Shown here: in pieces, positions 1-11,705 of the stretch | Position numbering within the stretch: position 1 is the first letter of the stretch | Layout of the letters: every line of letters begins with the position of its first letter | DNA from: Lama glama | Taxonomy: Eukaryota | Assembly (NCBI GenBank): GCA_028534125.1 | Contig: CM052832.1 | Span: 6,016,001-6,080,000, forward strand | DNA length: 64,000 nucleotides | Direction of reading: 5' to 3' | The notes under the pieces: generated by a model | Seen by the model: the letters and a program-made list of their open reading frames with translations, nothing else | Told to the model about the DNA's origin: nothing | Databases searched by the model: none | Program-made: the position numbers and the translations under genes

Positions 1-522
1 TACGGAACAACATTTAGCTAAAGAAGTAAAGCCTGCTGATCGATCGATCGATTGATCTATCTATGTGGGGGGGGGGTAGTATCAGAGTCATAAAAGAGCC
101 TATTTTCCAGAAGGGGAAACAAAAGTATCTTGAGATTTAAGTGGAAAAATAAAAATAGTCTTCTTAAATACAATCTAGCGTGGGCACTGAAAGTCTATGG
201 CATCTCTTTATTTTTAAACTTTAAAAACTAAAAGGTACTTCTACCTGCCTAAGCTAGGTGATACGGTCATTCCATTATCAGGGACAGAAGGATAAGGCTG
301 ACCTGTCAGGATCCATCTCAGTCTTCTGACCACTGAGAAAGCTTATGTGAACCATCAATATTTCGCCCATTTATATTCTTTGGCTTCAGAGATTTGTCAA
401 CAAATTTTTCTACTGTATCTATCCACACACAAATTACATACACAAATTTCTTATTTTAAACAGTTTCTACAAACCATATTTGCAACTTTTTTAATGCACC
501 ATCTTTCCACATGTTAACTTAC

Positions 523-665
523 CTGTTTCTTTCGAGCTCCTAACTGTAAAAGAATCTAGGTCTACTGATTTTGGTCTAAGTGGTAACTGTTCAGATTCTA
601 GCTTTGGTTTTGATATTGGCTCAGTTTCAAACTTTGATAAAATGGAAGAAACTTCTCCATTAATC
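523..665 (-). CDS. CD2AP: CD2AP coding exon 13 (143 nt): (K)[47 protein letters not shown]
   Basis: Acceptor tttcag|GATTAAT, donor ACAG|gtaagt; phase matches exon 12; translation matches CD2AP (LPLRPKSVD). Confidence 0.97.
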
Positions 666-1037
666 CTGAAATGAGAAAATCAAACATATGTAAAAATCAT
701 TTTGTGTATAAAGCATGACCACCTTTTAAACATTGTGATTTAATGATACTGAAGATACTACAGTACTGATTTTTCTTTCTTGTCTATAAAATTATTTCTA
801 TAAACGTAAACCTCTAGCCTAAGACCAATCACAATAAAATCAGAAATGTAAAGCACCTTAATGGGCGTCTGTTCACCTAGTATGAATATAAGATTAATAT
901 TTAACAGAGATTACGGTCTATACAAAAAAATATGAAAAGCCAACACTTAATTACTTTGAGACTTAGAAAAGCATTGCAGTCAATTATGTCAAAGGTAGGC
1001 AAATCAACAAACTAACTTAAAATTAGGTAAAACTTAC

Positions 1038-1200
1038 TTGGCTACAGGAGGTGGTGGAGGAACCGGTTTTTCAGGTCGCTTTGGGTACACTGTTCCAGAA
1101 GATTTCAATAAATTATTGGCTTTGGTGGGTGGAGTAGGCTTCTTGGGTGGGACTTGTGGAGCAGCTGGTTTAGGTTTCTGTTCCAGCACTGATTTTTCAT
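1038..1200 (-). CDS. CD2AP: CD2AP coding exon 12 (163 nt), proline-rich: (D)[54 protein letters not shown]
   Basis: Acceptor aatcag|ATGAAA, donor GCCAA|gtaagt; open frame; PxxP motifs typical of CD2AP. Confidence 0.97.
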
Positions 1201-1810
1201 CTGATTATTTAAAAATATATAGTAAGTTACTGACAATCAGAACTATTTTGGTTTTTCTACTTCTTAAAGCTAACGTCAGGCTGGAAAAGGGTGAAACAGG
1301 CAGACATTATTTGTGTATGGGTGCGCTGCTTTAAAGTTTTAATTTACATTAGGAACTTTATTAGCACCATTTAACAGTTCTACAAAATAGGTAAGAAAAT
1401 ATTCTGGAAGAAACAACATTAAGAAAAATGTCATGCCGTGTTAATAAAAACAATTTTATCATCAAAAAGACATAGTTCTACATGTAGTGACATACTTAGC
1501 TCTTGATCTTTCAGGTACTGAGAACAGGCATTAAAATTAATACATGTGCACATATGAGATTGTCATGATACAGCAATCAGCAAAAAGTGTAACACAGGCC
1601 AATGTGCAGAAATAAGAAACTCCTAAGAATACTGAGTAATATTCAAAATTTACTAAGACTTTGAAGAGAATGTCTATCACAGGACCACAAACAATTTCAT
1701 ATTAGTCAGAGACTGATTATGAATCTTGACAAACATTCCAGGCCATGGTTAAACACCCTGTTCAAAATTACAGACTTTATTTAACAACAATAAAAATATA
1801 AAACACCACT

Positions 1811-1960
1811 GGGGGGAGGGCATAGCTCAGTGGTAGAGCACATGCTTAGCATGCATGAGGTCATGGGTTCAATCTCCAGTAACTGTGTTAAATTTTTTAA
1901 AAATTAATAAGTAAGTAAAACTAATTACCTCCCCAACACACACACACAAAATAATTAATT
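1811..1960 (+). mobile_element. tRNA-derived SINE, Vic-1 type (camelid)
   Basis: GGGGAGGGCATAGCTCAGTGGTAGAGC (A box) ... GGGTTCAATCTCC (B box), AT-rich tail with ctaattacctcccc; possible decayed TSD aaaacaccact/aaaatactatt. Confidence 0.8.
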
Positions 1961-2482
1961 AAAATACTATTGTTTCAGTTTTATCATTTTTGTACAGCTT
2001 TCTTGGATCATTTGAAAATATAGCTTAGTCTATGAAAAACCTCATCATCATTTAGTACAAAAGTCCATTTTTATATGACCTCAAACTATACAAACTCATC
2101 ATATAATTACGCCACCAGGAGTGAAAGCCAGAACTCCCCAATTCTAACCATAAATCAAGAGAACCATCAGTATCAGAGTTCTAACGGTCAGCCAAGCTTA
2201 AATTTCCAGAAAATATTAAAAGAAAGGTATTTTATATAAAACATCAGGGAAAATATTAAATGATCAATAGAAGTTCACTGATTAAGTGAATATACTTCTT
2301 TTCGCAGGTATATAAATAACAGCTTGAAATCAATTCAATTCCGTAAGTTAGTCTAAAACAAAAGAACACATTTAATATTTGTGGAAATCAAAAGTTACAA
2401 AAATAAGATTCACCACTCCTGGTATATCTATGACTAAATCAACTAATACACTAATACATGATGGCAATGTGTTTGAGTCCTA

Positions 2483-2753
2483 GATTTATTTATTTTTATT
2501 GATGTAAAATTTACATAATATAAAATTAACTCTTTTAAAGTGAATGATGCAATGCTATTTAGTATATCCACAGTGTCTGCAACCACCACCTCCATATAGT
2601 TCAAAAACCCTATCATTAGCCCAAAAGAAAATTCTGCTCCCATTAATCAGTTATTACCCACTCCCTCCCGTACCCAGGCCCTGGCAACCACCAGGGCCAC
2701 CAGGGGTCCAATCTCTCCATCCTTGCCAATATTTCCAGTTTTTATTATTATTA

Positions 2754-2823
<70 letters not shown>

Positions 2824-2920
2824 TATCATTGACATCCTAGGGGGTGTGAAGGGGCAGCTCAGCATGGTCTTAGTTTGCATTTCTAATGACCACTGACACT
2901 GAACATCTCCAAAGTATGCC
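2483..2920 (-). mobile_element. Old L1 (L1M-type) 3' fragment interrupted by a (TTA)n microsatellite
   Basis: tttatttatttttattgatgtaaaatttacata... and ttagtttgcatttctaatgac, typical reverse-strand L1 3' motifs. Confidence 0.65.
2743..2829. repeat. (TTA)n/(TCA) trinucleotide microsatellite
   Basis: Direct reading; gives the poly-L and poly-I artefact ORFs. Confidence 0.97.
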
Positions 2921-2927
2921 TGTACAC

Positions 2928-3095
2928 CAGTGGTTCTCAATTTTGTCTTCAGTTTAGAACCATGTGGGGACCTTTAAAGACACTCACACCTGAGTCCTAC
3001 CCTATAAAAATTCTGGATAAGATCCTAGGCATCAGCATACATTTAAGAGACATCCGGTTAACTCTAAGCTACAGCCAGGGTTGAGGTAACAACTA
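2928..3095. mobile_element. MER5-type hAT-Charlie MITE
   Basis: Starts cagtggttctcaa; internal ggttaactctaagctacagccagggttgag. Confidence 0.65.
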
Positions 3096-4403
3096 CACCA
3101 AGCTCCTTTCTAGAGATAGCTTAGTTTCTCGCAACTCCTCCTAGGGACCTACAGCCACATCCTGATGCTTTCTCTCATTCTTCTCATCTTCTTTCTATAG
3201 CCTGCAATCACCTTCACATTTCCAGTCAATACATTCTGCTATTTTCTAAGTCTACATATTCACAACCGCCTCATTATTATGCATGTCAACTATTCAACGA
3301 GCAATTGTCTGAATGTCACTTAAAAATTTTTTTTTCTCCGTTTCATTTTTTACTCCTCCTAGTAACTACCAGAAGCCAGGTGCTTCACACATACACATTG
3401 ATTTTATGTTCTTGCACGGTTAACATTTGGCTAAAAGTCTGTTACATGCGTAGATAAATATAATAAATAAAGAATATTGTTAGCTACTCCTTAAGAGGTC
3501 AAGATTATTTTTAGGTTCAAGCTGGAGTGATATATTACAAATATCACAAAGTTCTTTGTAGAACATTAGAGCTAACTATTGTTTCTTTTTTGGTAAGCAC
3601 ATCAAATATAAAATACAATAGCATCCTTCCTACCACAGATCCTCACTCAGAGCCTAAGACTACAGACATGTCACAGATGAAAAGGCATTTGAGTTCAGCA
3701 TCCTTAAAGGAGCCTTAACACACCAATCCTCATTTTCATTCCATACTAGTGTCAACTATTATACCAAGATTCTAGAGTACTTAGCACTTTAAAAGCATAC
3801 TTTCAGCACTCATCTCCAAATCACTGTGTAACGTAAGGAACACTGATTTAGGAATCCATAGCCAGCAATATGAATTGGAAAATACACACCTTCTTATTAT
3901 ATTGCAATTTTCCAAAGTTTTTACTCTTTATAATGTAAGCTTTCCTTTCACCAACCCACAGGAGGAAGACAATGCTCCTAAAGAAAGATGTAAAGTAAAT
4001 ACTCCAAGACTTCTATTTCACACAGTATGTTGAATTATGTACCAAACCTACTATTCTGCAAACTTAGAACTCAATGTAAAGCAAAAATATCTTTCAAGAA
4101 TGAGAAAAGAAAATATTTTCAAACAAAATGTGCTCCACCATTAAGGAAATCCTAAAATATATATATATATTTCAGGCAGAAAATATACATATATTTTAGG
4201 CAGAAAGCATGAAATGCAAACAGAAATGTGAATAAAGCAATGAATGTGAATAAATGCAACCATACACTGCCTGGGAATCAGCACTACAGACAGTGGTTGA
4301 AGCCATAAGTCTTTATATATACATGACTAACCGAAGAATCAAGAATAAGACAACAAAAGATCCAGCTCTGACAGTCCTTATGAATTTCTAATTCACTGAG
4401 TGA

Positions 4404-7400
4404 CCGGGGGCCACGGGGGAAGCAGAAGGAGCTGGAGCTCACCTCCTCTCACAGACGCACCAAGGTCACAACCACCTGCAGAGTGACTATCAACAACAGA
4501 AAAAAAGACTGGAAACTACCGGAAAAGATCTTCTAGAGCTAAAAACTCAAAGAAGAAACCACGACAAGACTGGTAGGAGGGGCGGACTACAACACTCAGG
4601 TCCCACACCTGCGGTGGGGGGACGACCCACAAGCTGGAGAATAATTACACTGCAGAGCCCCTCCTGTGGGAGAGAGAGCCCCACGTCAGGCTCCCCAGCC
4701 CGGGGGTCTGGTACCAGGAAGAGGAGCCCCCAGTGTTGGGCTCTGAAGGCCACGCCACTGGGGCTTGATTACAAGAGCTCCATGGGACTGGGGGAAGCAG
4801 AATTTATGCTTAAGGGTTGTACAGAAAACCTCACACTCACTGGGGCCGAGGGCAAAAGCAGTTTTTGTATAGCAGCCTGGGCCAGACCTACTCGCTAGTC
4901 TTGAGGGTCTCCTGAGGGGGCGCAGGGTGGCTGTGGCTCACCTTGGAGACATACACACTGTGGCAGACATTCGGGCGTGTTCATCGGAATGAACTCTCCT
5001 TCCGGGAGGCTGACAACTTGCGGGAGGCTGACAACTTGCATGGACATTAGCACTGACCCACCCAACAGCCTTCAGGCTCCAGTGCAGGGACGCCTCAGGC
5101 CAGACAGCTAGCTGGGCGGGGACATATCCCCACCCATCAGCATACAGACTGGCCAAACAATCTCTGACCTTGCAGCTGCCTCTAGACGTACTCCCAGCCA
5201 CGGCCCAGCCCGCCAGAGGGCTGAGCCCCAACTCCACCCATCAGTGGGCAAGCACCAGCCCCTCCCACCAGGAAGCCTGCACTAGCCTATAGGCAGCCTC
5301 ACCCACCTGGGGCCAAACTCAGCTAGAAAGCCTCCACCCCACAATCTGTGACACAAGTCCCAAACACAGGCCAGATTCACCCTGGGACCAGCTGGCCTTG
5401 AGCCCCTGGGTGAGGAGAGGGGACAGGGCTGGGATGCACGGGACATCTCTTAGAGAGGTCCACTTTTCCAATGTCAAGAAACATAACTAACATGCCACAT
5501 ACATACAAATACAAGTAGACATTTAAACAACACGAGGCAGNNNNNNNNNNNNNNNNNNNNNNNNNNNNNNNNNNNNNNNNNNNNNNNNNNNNNNNNNNNN
5601 NNNNNNNNNNNNNNNNNNNNNNNNNNNNNNNNNNNNNNNNNNNNNNNNNNNNNNNNNNNNNNNNNNNNNNNNNNNNNNNNNNNNNNNNNNNNNNNNNNNN
5701 NNNNNNNNNNNNNNNNNNNNNNNNNNNNNNNNNNNNNNNNNNNNNNNNNNNNNNNNNNNNNNNNNNNNNNNNNNNNNNNNNNNNNNNNNNNNNNNNNNNN
5801 NNNNNNNNNNNNNNNNNNNNNNNNNNNNNNNNNNNNNNNNNNNNNNNNNNNNNNNNNNNNNNNNNNNNNNNNNNNNNNNNNNNNNNNNNNNNNNNNNNNN
5901 NNNNNNNNNNNNNNNNNNNNNNNNNNNNNNNNNNNNNNNNNNNNNNNNNNNNNNNNNNNNNNNNNNNNNNNNNNNNNNNNNNNNNNNNNNNNNNNNNNNN
6001 NNNNNNNNNNNNNNNNNNNNNNNNNNNNNNNNNNNNNNNNACATTCTCATTATAGGGGTCTCAGAAGGAGGAGAAAGAGAGGAAGGGCCTGAGGAAATAT
6101 CTGAAGAGAAAACAGCTGAAAACTTCCCTAACCTGGGGAAGGAAAAAGTCACCCAAGTTCAGGAAGCACAGAGAGCCCCATACAAGATTAACCCAAAGAG
6201 GAGCACACTAAGATATAATTAAAATGTCAAAAATTAAAGATAAAGAGATAATATTACAAGACAAGAAAAGCTAAAAGAATTCAGCACCACCAAACCTGCT
6301 TTACAACAAATGCTACAGGAACTCCTCTAGGCAGGAAAGAAAAGGCCACAACCAGAAACAAGAAAATTACAAAACGGAAAAGCTCACGGGTAAAGGCAAA
6401 CATACAGGAAAGGTAGGAAATCATTCTTGCACAAAAAAGAAAAATAAATCCAAGCATAACACTAAAGAGAATCACCAAAGCACAAGCAAAGAGAACAAAA
6501 GAAAAGGAAGAAAAAGAACTACTAAAACAAATCAAAAGCAATTAACAAAATGGCAATAGGAACATATATATATTTTTAATTACCTTAAATGTAAACAGAC
6601 TAATTACCTTAAATGTAAACAGTTCCAAGTGCACACGGAACATTCTCCAGGATAGATCATATGCTGGCCCACAAAGCAAGCCTCAGTAAATTTAAGGAAA
6701 CTGAAATCACATCAACAATCATATCAACCAAAAGACACAGAATGGCTGAATGGATACAAAAACAAGACCCATATTATTTGCTACCTACAAGAGACTCACT
6801 TCAGATCTAGAAACACACACAGACTGAACGTGAGAGGACGTAAAAAGGTATTCCACCCAAACGGAAATCAAAAGAAAGCTGGGGTCACAATACTTACATC
6901 AGACACTAAAGACTTTAAAATAAAGACTGTTACAAGAGACAAAGGACACTACATAATGATCAAGGCATCAATTCAAGAAGATATAATAGTTGTAAATATA
7001 TATGCACCCAACACAGAAGCACCTCAATATATAAGGCAACTGTTATCAGACCTAAAAGGAGAAACTGACAATAACACAGTAGTGGAGGATCCTAACACCC
7101 CACTTACATCAGTGGACAGATCATCCAAGCAGAGTGTCAATAAGGAAATATAAGACTTCAACGGCACATTAGACCAGATGGACTTAATTGAAATTTATAG
7201 AGAATTCCATACAAAAGCAGAATATCGTCTTCTCAAGTGCACATGGAACATTCTCCAGGATAGATCATATGCTAGCCCACAGAGCAAGCCTCAGTAAATT
7301 TAAGAAAACTGAAATCATATCAACCGTCATTTCCAACCACAATTCTATGAGATCAGGAATCAACTACAACGAAAAAAACCACAAAAATCACAACACATGG

Positions 7401-7576
7401 AGGCTAAACAATATACTACTAAACAACCCATGGATCACTCAGGAAATCAAAAAATGCTTAGAGACAAATGAAAATGAAAATGCAATGATCCAAAACCCCA
7501 GGGACACAGCAAAAGCAGTTCTAAGAGGAAAGTTTATAGCGATACAAGCTTACCTCAGGAAACAAGAACTATCTCA
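4404..7576 (+). mobile_element. L1 LINE: 5'UTR, ORF1 (partly in gap, deleted) and endonuclease part of ORF2; 3'-truncated and inactive
   Basis: G-rich 5' end and GC-rich 5'UTR; ORF1 remnants (6041-6420); ORF2 ATG at 6550; ORFs with L1 endonuclease motifs (NIYAPN, SAHGTFSRIDHML, WRLNN, LRGKFIA); flanking 21-bp direct repeat. Confidence 0.93.
5541..6040. other. Assembly gap (500 N)
   Basis: Run of N. Confidence 1.
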
Positions 7577-8624
7577 AATTTCTAATTCACTGAATGAGTA
7601 AGTGAATTAATGATACTCCTGGGCTTTTGGGTAGGAACCAGCAGCAGCCACATGACCTTCTGGAAGAGACAAAGCCTTATTGCAGTCAGTAGAGCCCCAC
7701 ACCTTTTTCAGAGAGACAGGGTAAGAGTCACAATTCAATTCACTGGGGTTGAAACTCAAGAGAAATCAATCAACTGTACCCTCAAAATCTCTGTAGTCTC
7801 ATGTATCAGTAGTGAATTCCCAGCACGTGACTACAGCTTTCCAGCAACAGTAACCTTCTGACCTTTAACGCCAGGCTAAAATCTGTGACAAACGCAGAGG
7901 CAAGAAAACCTCAAGGGAGGAATATCCACCAGCACAAATGATCCCTCCCATTCTGCTCATTAGTAAACCAGACTGCCATTAACGTATTAGTACTTACTCC
8001 TACTTGGAGGGGATTCATATCTGGTTACATTCTGCTTATGAATGAACTGAAACATAAGAGGGCAGATCTTGACTTCTACAATTGCAGTAATAGAAACTCA
8101 AAAGAAACGCTCCTCAAGAAAAAGCAAGCACAGACTCACTGCCTCTACTATTAAAAATGTGCAACCAGGCTGGGCTTCAGCAGCCAATGACACATGACTG
8201 GGCCCTGGGGGAGGACATGTACATAAGGTTACCACTGAAGTGATTTATTATAGGCCCACCAGAGCTTTTGTTTTATTCTCTCCTACACACCTATGCCTCT
8301 CCACCTAGCACTGCAAAATAAACATCAGTTCCTTCCTTTCTATCAAGCATATTTCATATCAAGGATGGGATGGGGCACCAAGAATGAAGTGAGTTACTGA
8401 CAGGTATATCCAAGAAAATCTTCCCCCAAAGAGGACAAAAACTTGTGCTCCTAAGTAAAACGGGGAGATAAAAAATGTAAAACGGGGAGGTATAAAGAAA
8501 CTTTCCATGCTGAACACAGATCAAGATAAAACTATGAAAGTGTATGACATTCAGGGTCAAGAATGTGGTTACTACATCTAGTGAATGAAAAAAGTAGAAG
8601 AAGATACCAAAAATGTAACTTGAA

Positions 8625-9460
8625 ATCAGTTCGTGACAACATCAAATGCTGACCAGGACGTGAAGCAGCAAGAGCTTTCATTCCTTGTTGGTAGGAACGC
8701 AAAATGGTACAGACATTTTGGAAGACAACTTGCCAGTTTCTTACAAAACTAAACATACTCTTACCATATGAATTAGCAATTACATTCTTTGGTATTTACC
8801 CAAGTGAACTGAAAACTTATGTGCACAAGAAAAACCTGCACAAGGTTTATAGCAGCCTTATTCATAACTGCCAAAGCCTGGAAGCAACCAAAATGTCCTT
8901 CAGTAGGTAAATGGATAAACCCCGGTACAGCCAGACAGTGGAATATTAATCAACACTAAAAACAAATGAGCTATTATTAAGCCATGAACACACAGAGAAA
9001 CCTTAAATGTATAGTACGAAGTGAAAGAAGACAATGTGAAAAAGCTACATATGACTATATGACATTCTGAAAAAAAGCGGAACTATGGAGAAAATAAAAA
9101 GATGAGGGGCTGTCAGGGGTGGGGGGAACAGAGGGATTAAACTGCAGAGCATTTAGGGAGGTCAGACCCTTCTGCATGATATGACAATTATACATTTGTC
9201 AAATTATACATTTGTCCAAACTCATTAAATGTACAATGCCAGGTGTGACCCCTAATGGAAACTGTAGACTTTGGGTGATATTGATGTGTCAGTGGAGGTG
9301 CACTGATGGTAACAAATGTACCACATGGTGCAGGATGCTGATAGCAGGGGAGGCTGTCCATGTGTGAGGGCAAGGAGAACATGGGAACTCTGTACTTCCT
9401 GCTTAATTTTGCTGTGAATCTGAAACTTTTCTTAAAAAGTCTATTGAAAAAAAAAAAAGA
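8625..9460 (+). mobile_element. Old L1 (L1MB/L1MC-like) ORF2 end and 3'UTR with A-tail
   Basis: ggtaggaacgcaaaatggtacagacattttggaagac, gtatttacccaagtgaactgaaaact, 3'UTR motifs and poly(A) at about 9448-9458. Confidence 0.85.
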
Positions 9461-10194
9461 ATCTGGCAACAATGTGAAACAGAAGTCAGACAAGCGACTA
9501 GAATGAGAGAAATCAATTAGGAGAATACAGTTAACACTTTAAGCAAGAGACCTCAAAGACAGGCAGTAGAGAGAACACTGGCAGTAAAAACAAAAGCATT
9601 CTGAAACATTACTCAAGTTTTTGCAAATATATATAACCTCATCTGCTAGATACAACCACTGCAGATCTTCCTGTACAAAGATAAGGAAGTATTAACAATA
9701 ACAAAACAAATAACGCTTTTAAACAAAACACCTATGGTATCTTGGAATGTCTTTCCAAGTTTACATGACAAATACATGCAGTGAAAATTAAATAATACAT
9801 AATAAGTCACTTCCATGTTTTAAGCAAGAATTCACTCTTATGCCTAAGAAAAAACTGTATTTCAACTGGAACACTACAAAAATGACAAAAGTATAACTGT
9901 TTAATACTTCGTTTTCTTACACAATATTTGAAATAACTATGATTAAATACGACATCCTTACTGAGGTGATGATTTAACTTTTTCATGAATGTAAACTGGT
10001 ATCAGTTTGAATAAAATCTTAATTTCCTATTGATCTTGACAAACTACTCCCTCTGAGAAAACCATAAGCATTACAAAGGAAATAATGAACATTTGTTAAA
10101 ATCAGAGTACATGACTCAGTGTAGAGACAGTTTTTCCTTACAATGACAATGAAACGAATAATTATTCTTCTGAAAGTGGAAGAATTCGCCTCAC

Positions 10195-10257
10195 CTTTTT
10201 CTTCAGGCTTTATAGGAAAATACTTCTTCTCTGTACCTATCAGCTCAGCCTTTGGAG
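10195..10257 (-). CDS. CD2AP: CD2AP coding exon 11 (63 nt): (A)PKAELIGTEKKYFPIKPEEK(D)
   Basis: Acceptor ttccctcag|CTCCAA, donor AAAG|gtgagg; phase 1-1. Confidence 0.96.
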
Positions 10258-10504
10258 CTGAGGGAAAAAAAACAAAGTTAATAAAGTCTTTAAAAAAAAA
10301 TAGCTTTAGAGCACAAAGATAATCATACTACTAAAAAGCAAAGGTTTAAAAAACAACATCAGATGAAAACATGGTTTAACAGTATGAACAATACACCAGA
10401 ATCACTGGGCTCAATAACGAACCCTACACCTGCCACTATCATCTTGAGGAAGTGATGGCTCCGTGGTCTCAGTTCCTTCTTTATCAAACAAAGGCGTTCA
10501 CATC

Positions 10505-10660
10505 CTCTACAATATCCAGTAGAACATTCTGTGATGATGGATGTATTCTGTTTTTGTGTGGCCCAATACTTACTATTGAGACTTCAAATGCTGCTACTGC
10601 GACTATGAAATTAACTTTTTAATTTTAATTAATTTTAAAAGCCCAGCATGACTAGTGGTT
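10505..10660. mobile_element. MER3/MER33-like hAT MITE fragment
   Basis: tccagtagaacattctgtgatgatggatgtattctg ... tattgagacttcaaatg motifs. Confidence 0.6.
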
Positions 10661-10880
10661 TATAAGTCTCCAATACCAACTTCCATAAAAATTACTTTTA
10701 ACTTATGCTTTCCTTGCTCTGGGATAAGGTTAGCAAATACAAACCTGAAACTACAGAAGAGGTAAGAACTTGCGTTATTCTAAAAAAGTGCAAATATTTT
10801 ACAGAAAAAAAAAATTTGACCACACATTTAAAAATCAGAAATTGGGGGCTAGAACTTACAGAAATAGACAAAGATGCCTG

Positions 10881-10914
10881 AAAACTGACACACTGTAATT
10901 GACTATACTTCAGT
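10881..10914 (+). mobile_element. Very short L1 3' terminus
   Basis: aaactgacacactgtaattgactatacttca is nearly the same as the L1 end at 37041-37072. Confidence 0.7.
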
Positions 10915-10919
10915 AAGAA

Positions 10920-10995
<76 letters not shown>

Positions 10996-11172
10996 AGGAA
11001 GGAAGGAAGGAAGGAAGAAAGAGAAAGAAAGAGAGAGAGAGAAAGAAAGAAAGAAAGAAAGGAGGGAGGAAGGGAGGAAGGGAGGAAGGGAGGAAGGAGG
11101 GAGGGACGGGAAGGAAGGAAGGAAGGAAGGAAGGAAGGAAGGAAGGAAGGAAGGAAGCAAGCAAGCAAGAGA
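10915..11172. repeat. Compound purine microsatellite (GAAA)n/(GGAA)n/(GA)n/(GGGAGGAA)n/(GCAA)n
   Basis: Direct reading. Confidence 0.97.
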
Positions 11173-11668
11173 GATTACAAAAATTCTGGAAAACTTTTCT
11201 AGGTATAACATCATTTATTCAACTGTTTAAAAAGAAATAACAAAACTCTTCTCTTTGCTTAAGCCTTATCACACTCTCTAAAGGAAGAGCAAATAAATAA
11301 TCAGTATTTGTCTGAGACATTAAAAAAATGGAGTGCATCTCAAAAGGTAGAATGACTTCTTAGCTAGGTAAATATATTTTCTATACAGATTTAAGCTTAG
11401 TCAATTTTCTTAACCCGAAATGTGATATAACAGAAATATCCAAGTTGTTTTCTAAGATTCCTATTTTATAGTTTGTACTTAAAAAAATACTGACAATATT
11501 AATACATATGAACGCTCAATTTTCATATATTTAAAAAAATTGATACATAGCACCATAATATTTGATTTTTGCTTAAAGAAAATCAATGGTTTATAAAAGA
11601 CCCACTTTCACTATTTTAGAACTTAAAATATGAAAAATAGCAAACTGAATAATCTGTCTCTTACATAC

Positions 11669-11705
11669 CTGGACCCTTAGCAGGTGGTGGTGGTTTCTTT
11701 GGTTT
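11669..11705 (-). CDS. CD2AP: CD2AP coding exon 10 (37 nt): KPKKPPPPAKGP(A)
   Basis: Acceptor ttaatag|AAACCA, donor CCAG|gtatgt; phase 0-1. Confidence 0.96.

Noticed and set aside
1038..1334. 98-aa plus-strand Gly-rich ORF
   Set aside because: Antisense shadow of proline-rich CD2AP exon 12, with a non-ATG start.
1811..1885. Possible tRNA-Ala gene
   Set aside because: The 3' acceptor stem is degenerate, a SINE-type tail follows, and a second dispersed copy exists, so it is a SINE.
2544..2940. Poly-Leu and poly-Ile ORFs resembling membrane peptides
   Set aside because: Translation of the (TTA)n microsatellite.
5523..6152. 209-aa ORF
   Set aside because: Open only because of the N gap; the same applies to 30311-30859.
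6830..7601. Endonuclease-like ORFs as an independent nuclease gene
   Set aside because: Frameshifted fragments of L1 ORF2.
10698..11214. Three overlapping Phe/Leu/Ser/Pro-rich ORFs
   Set aside because: Translation of the purine microsatellite.
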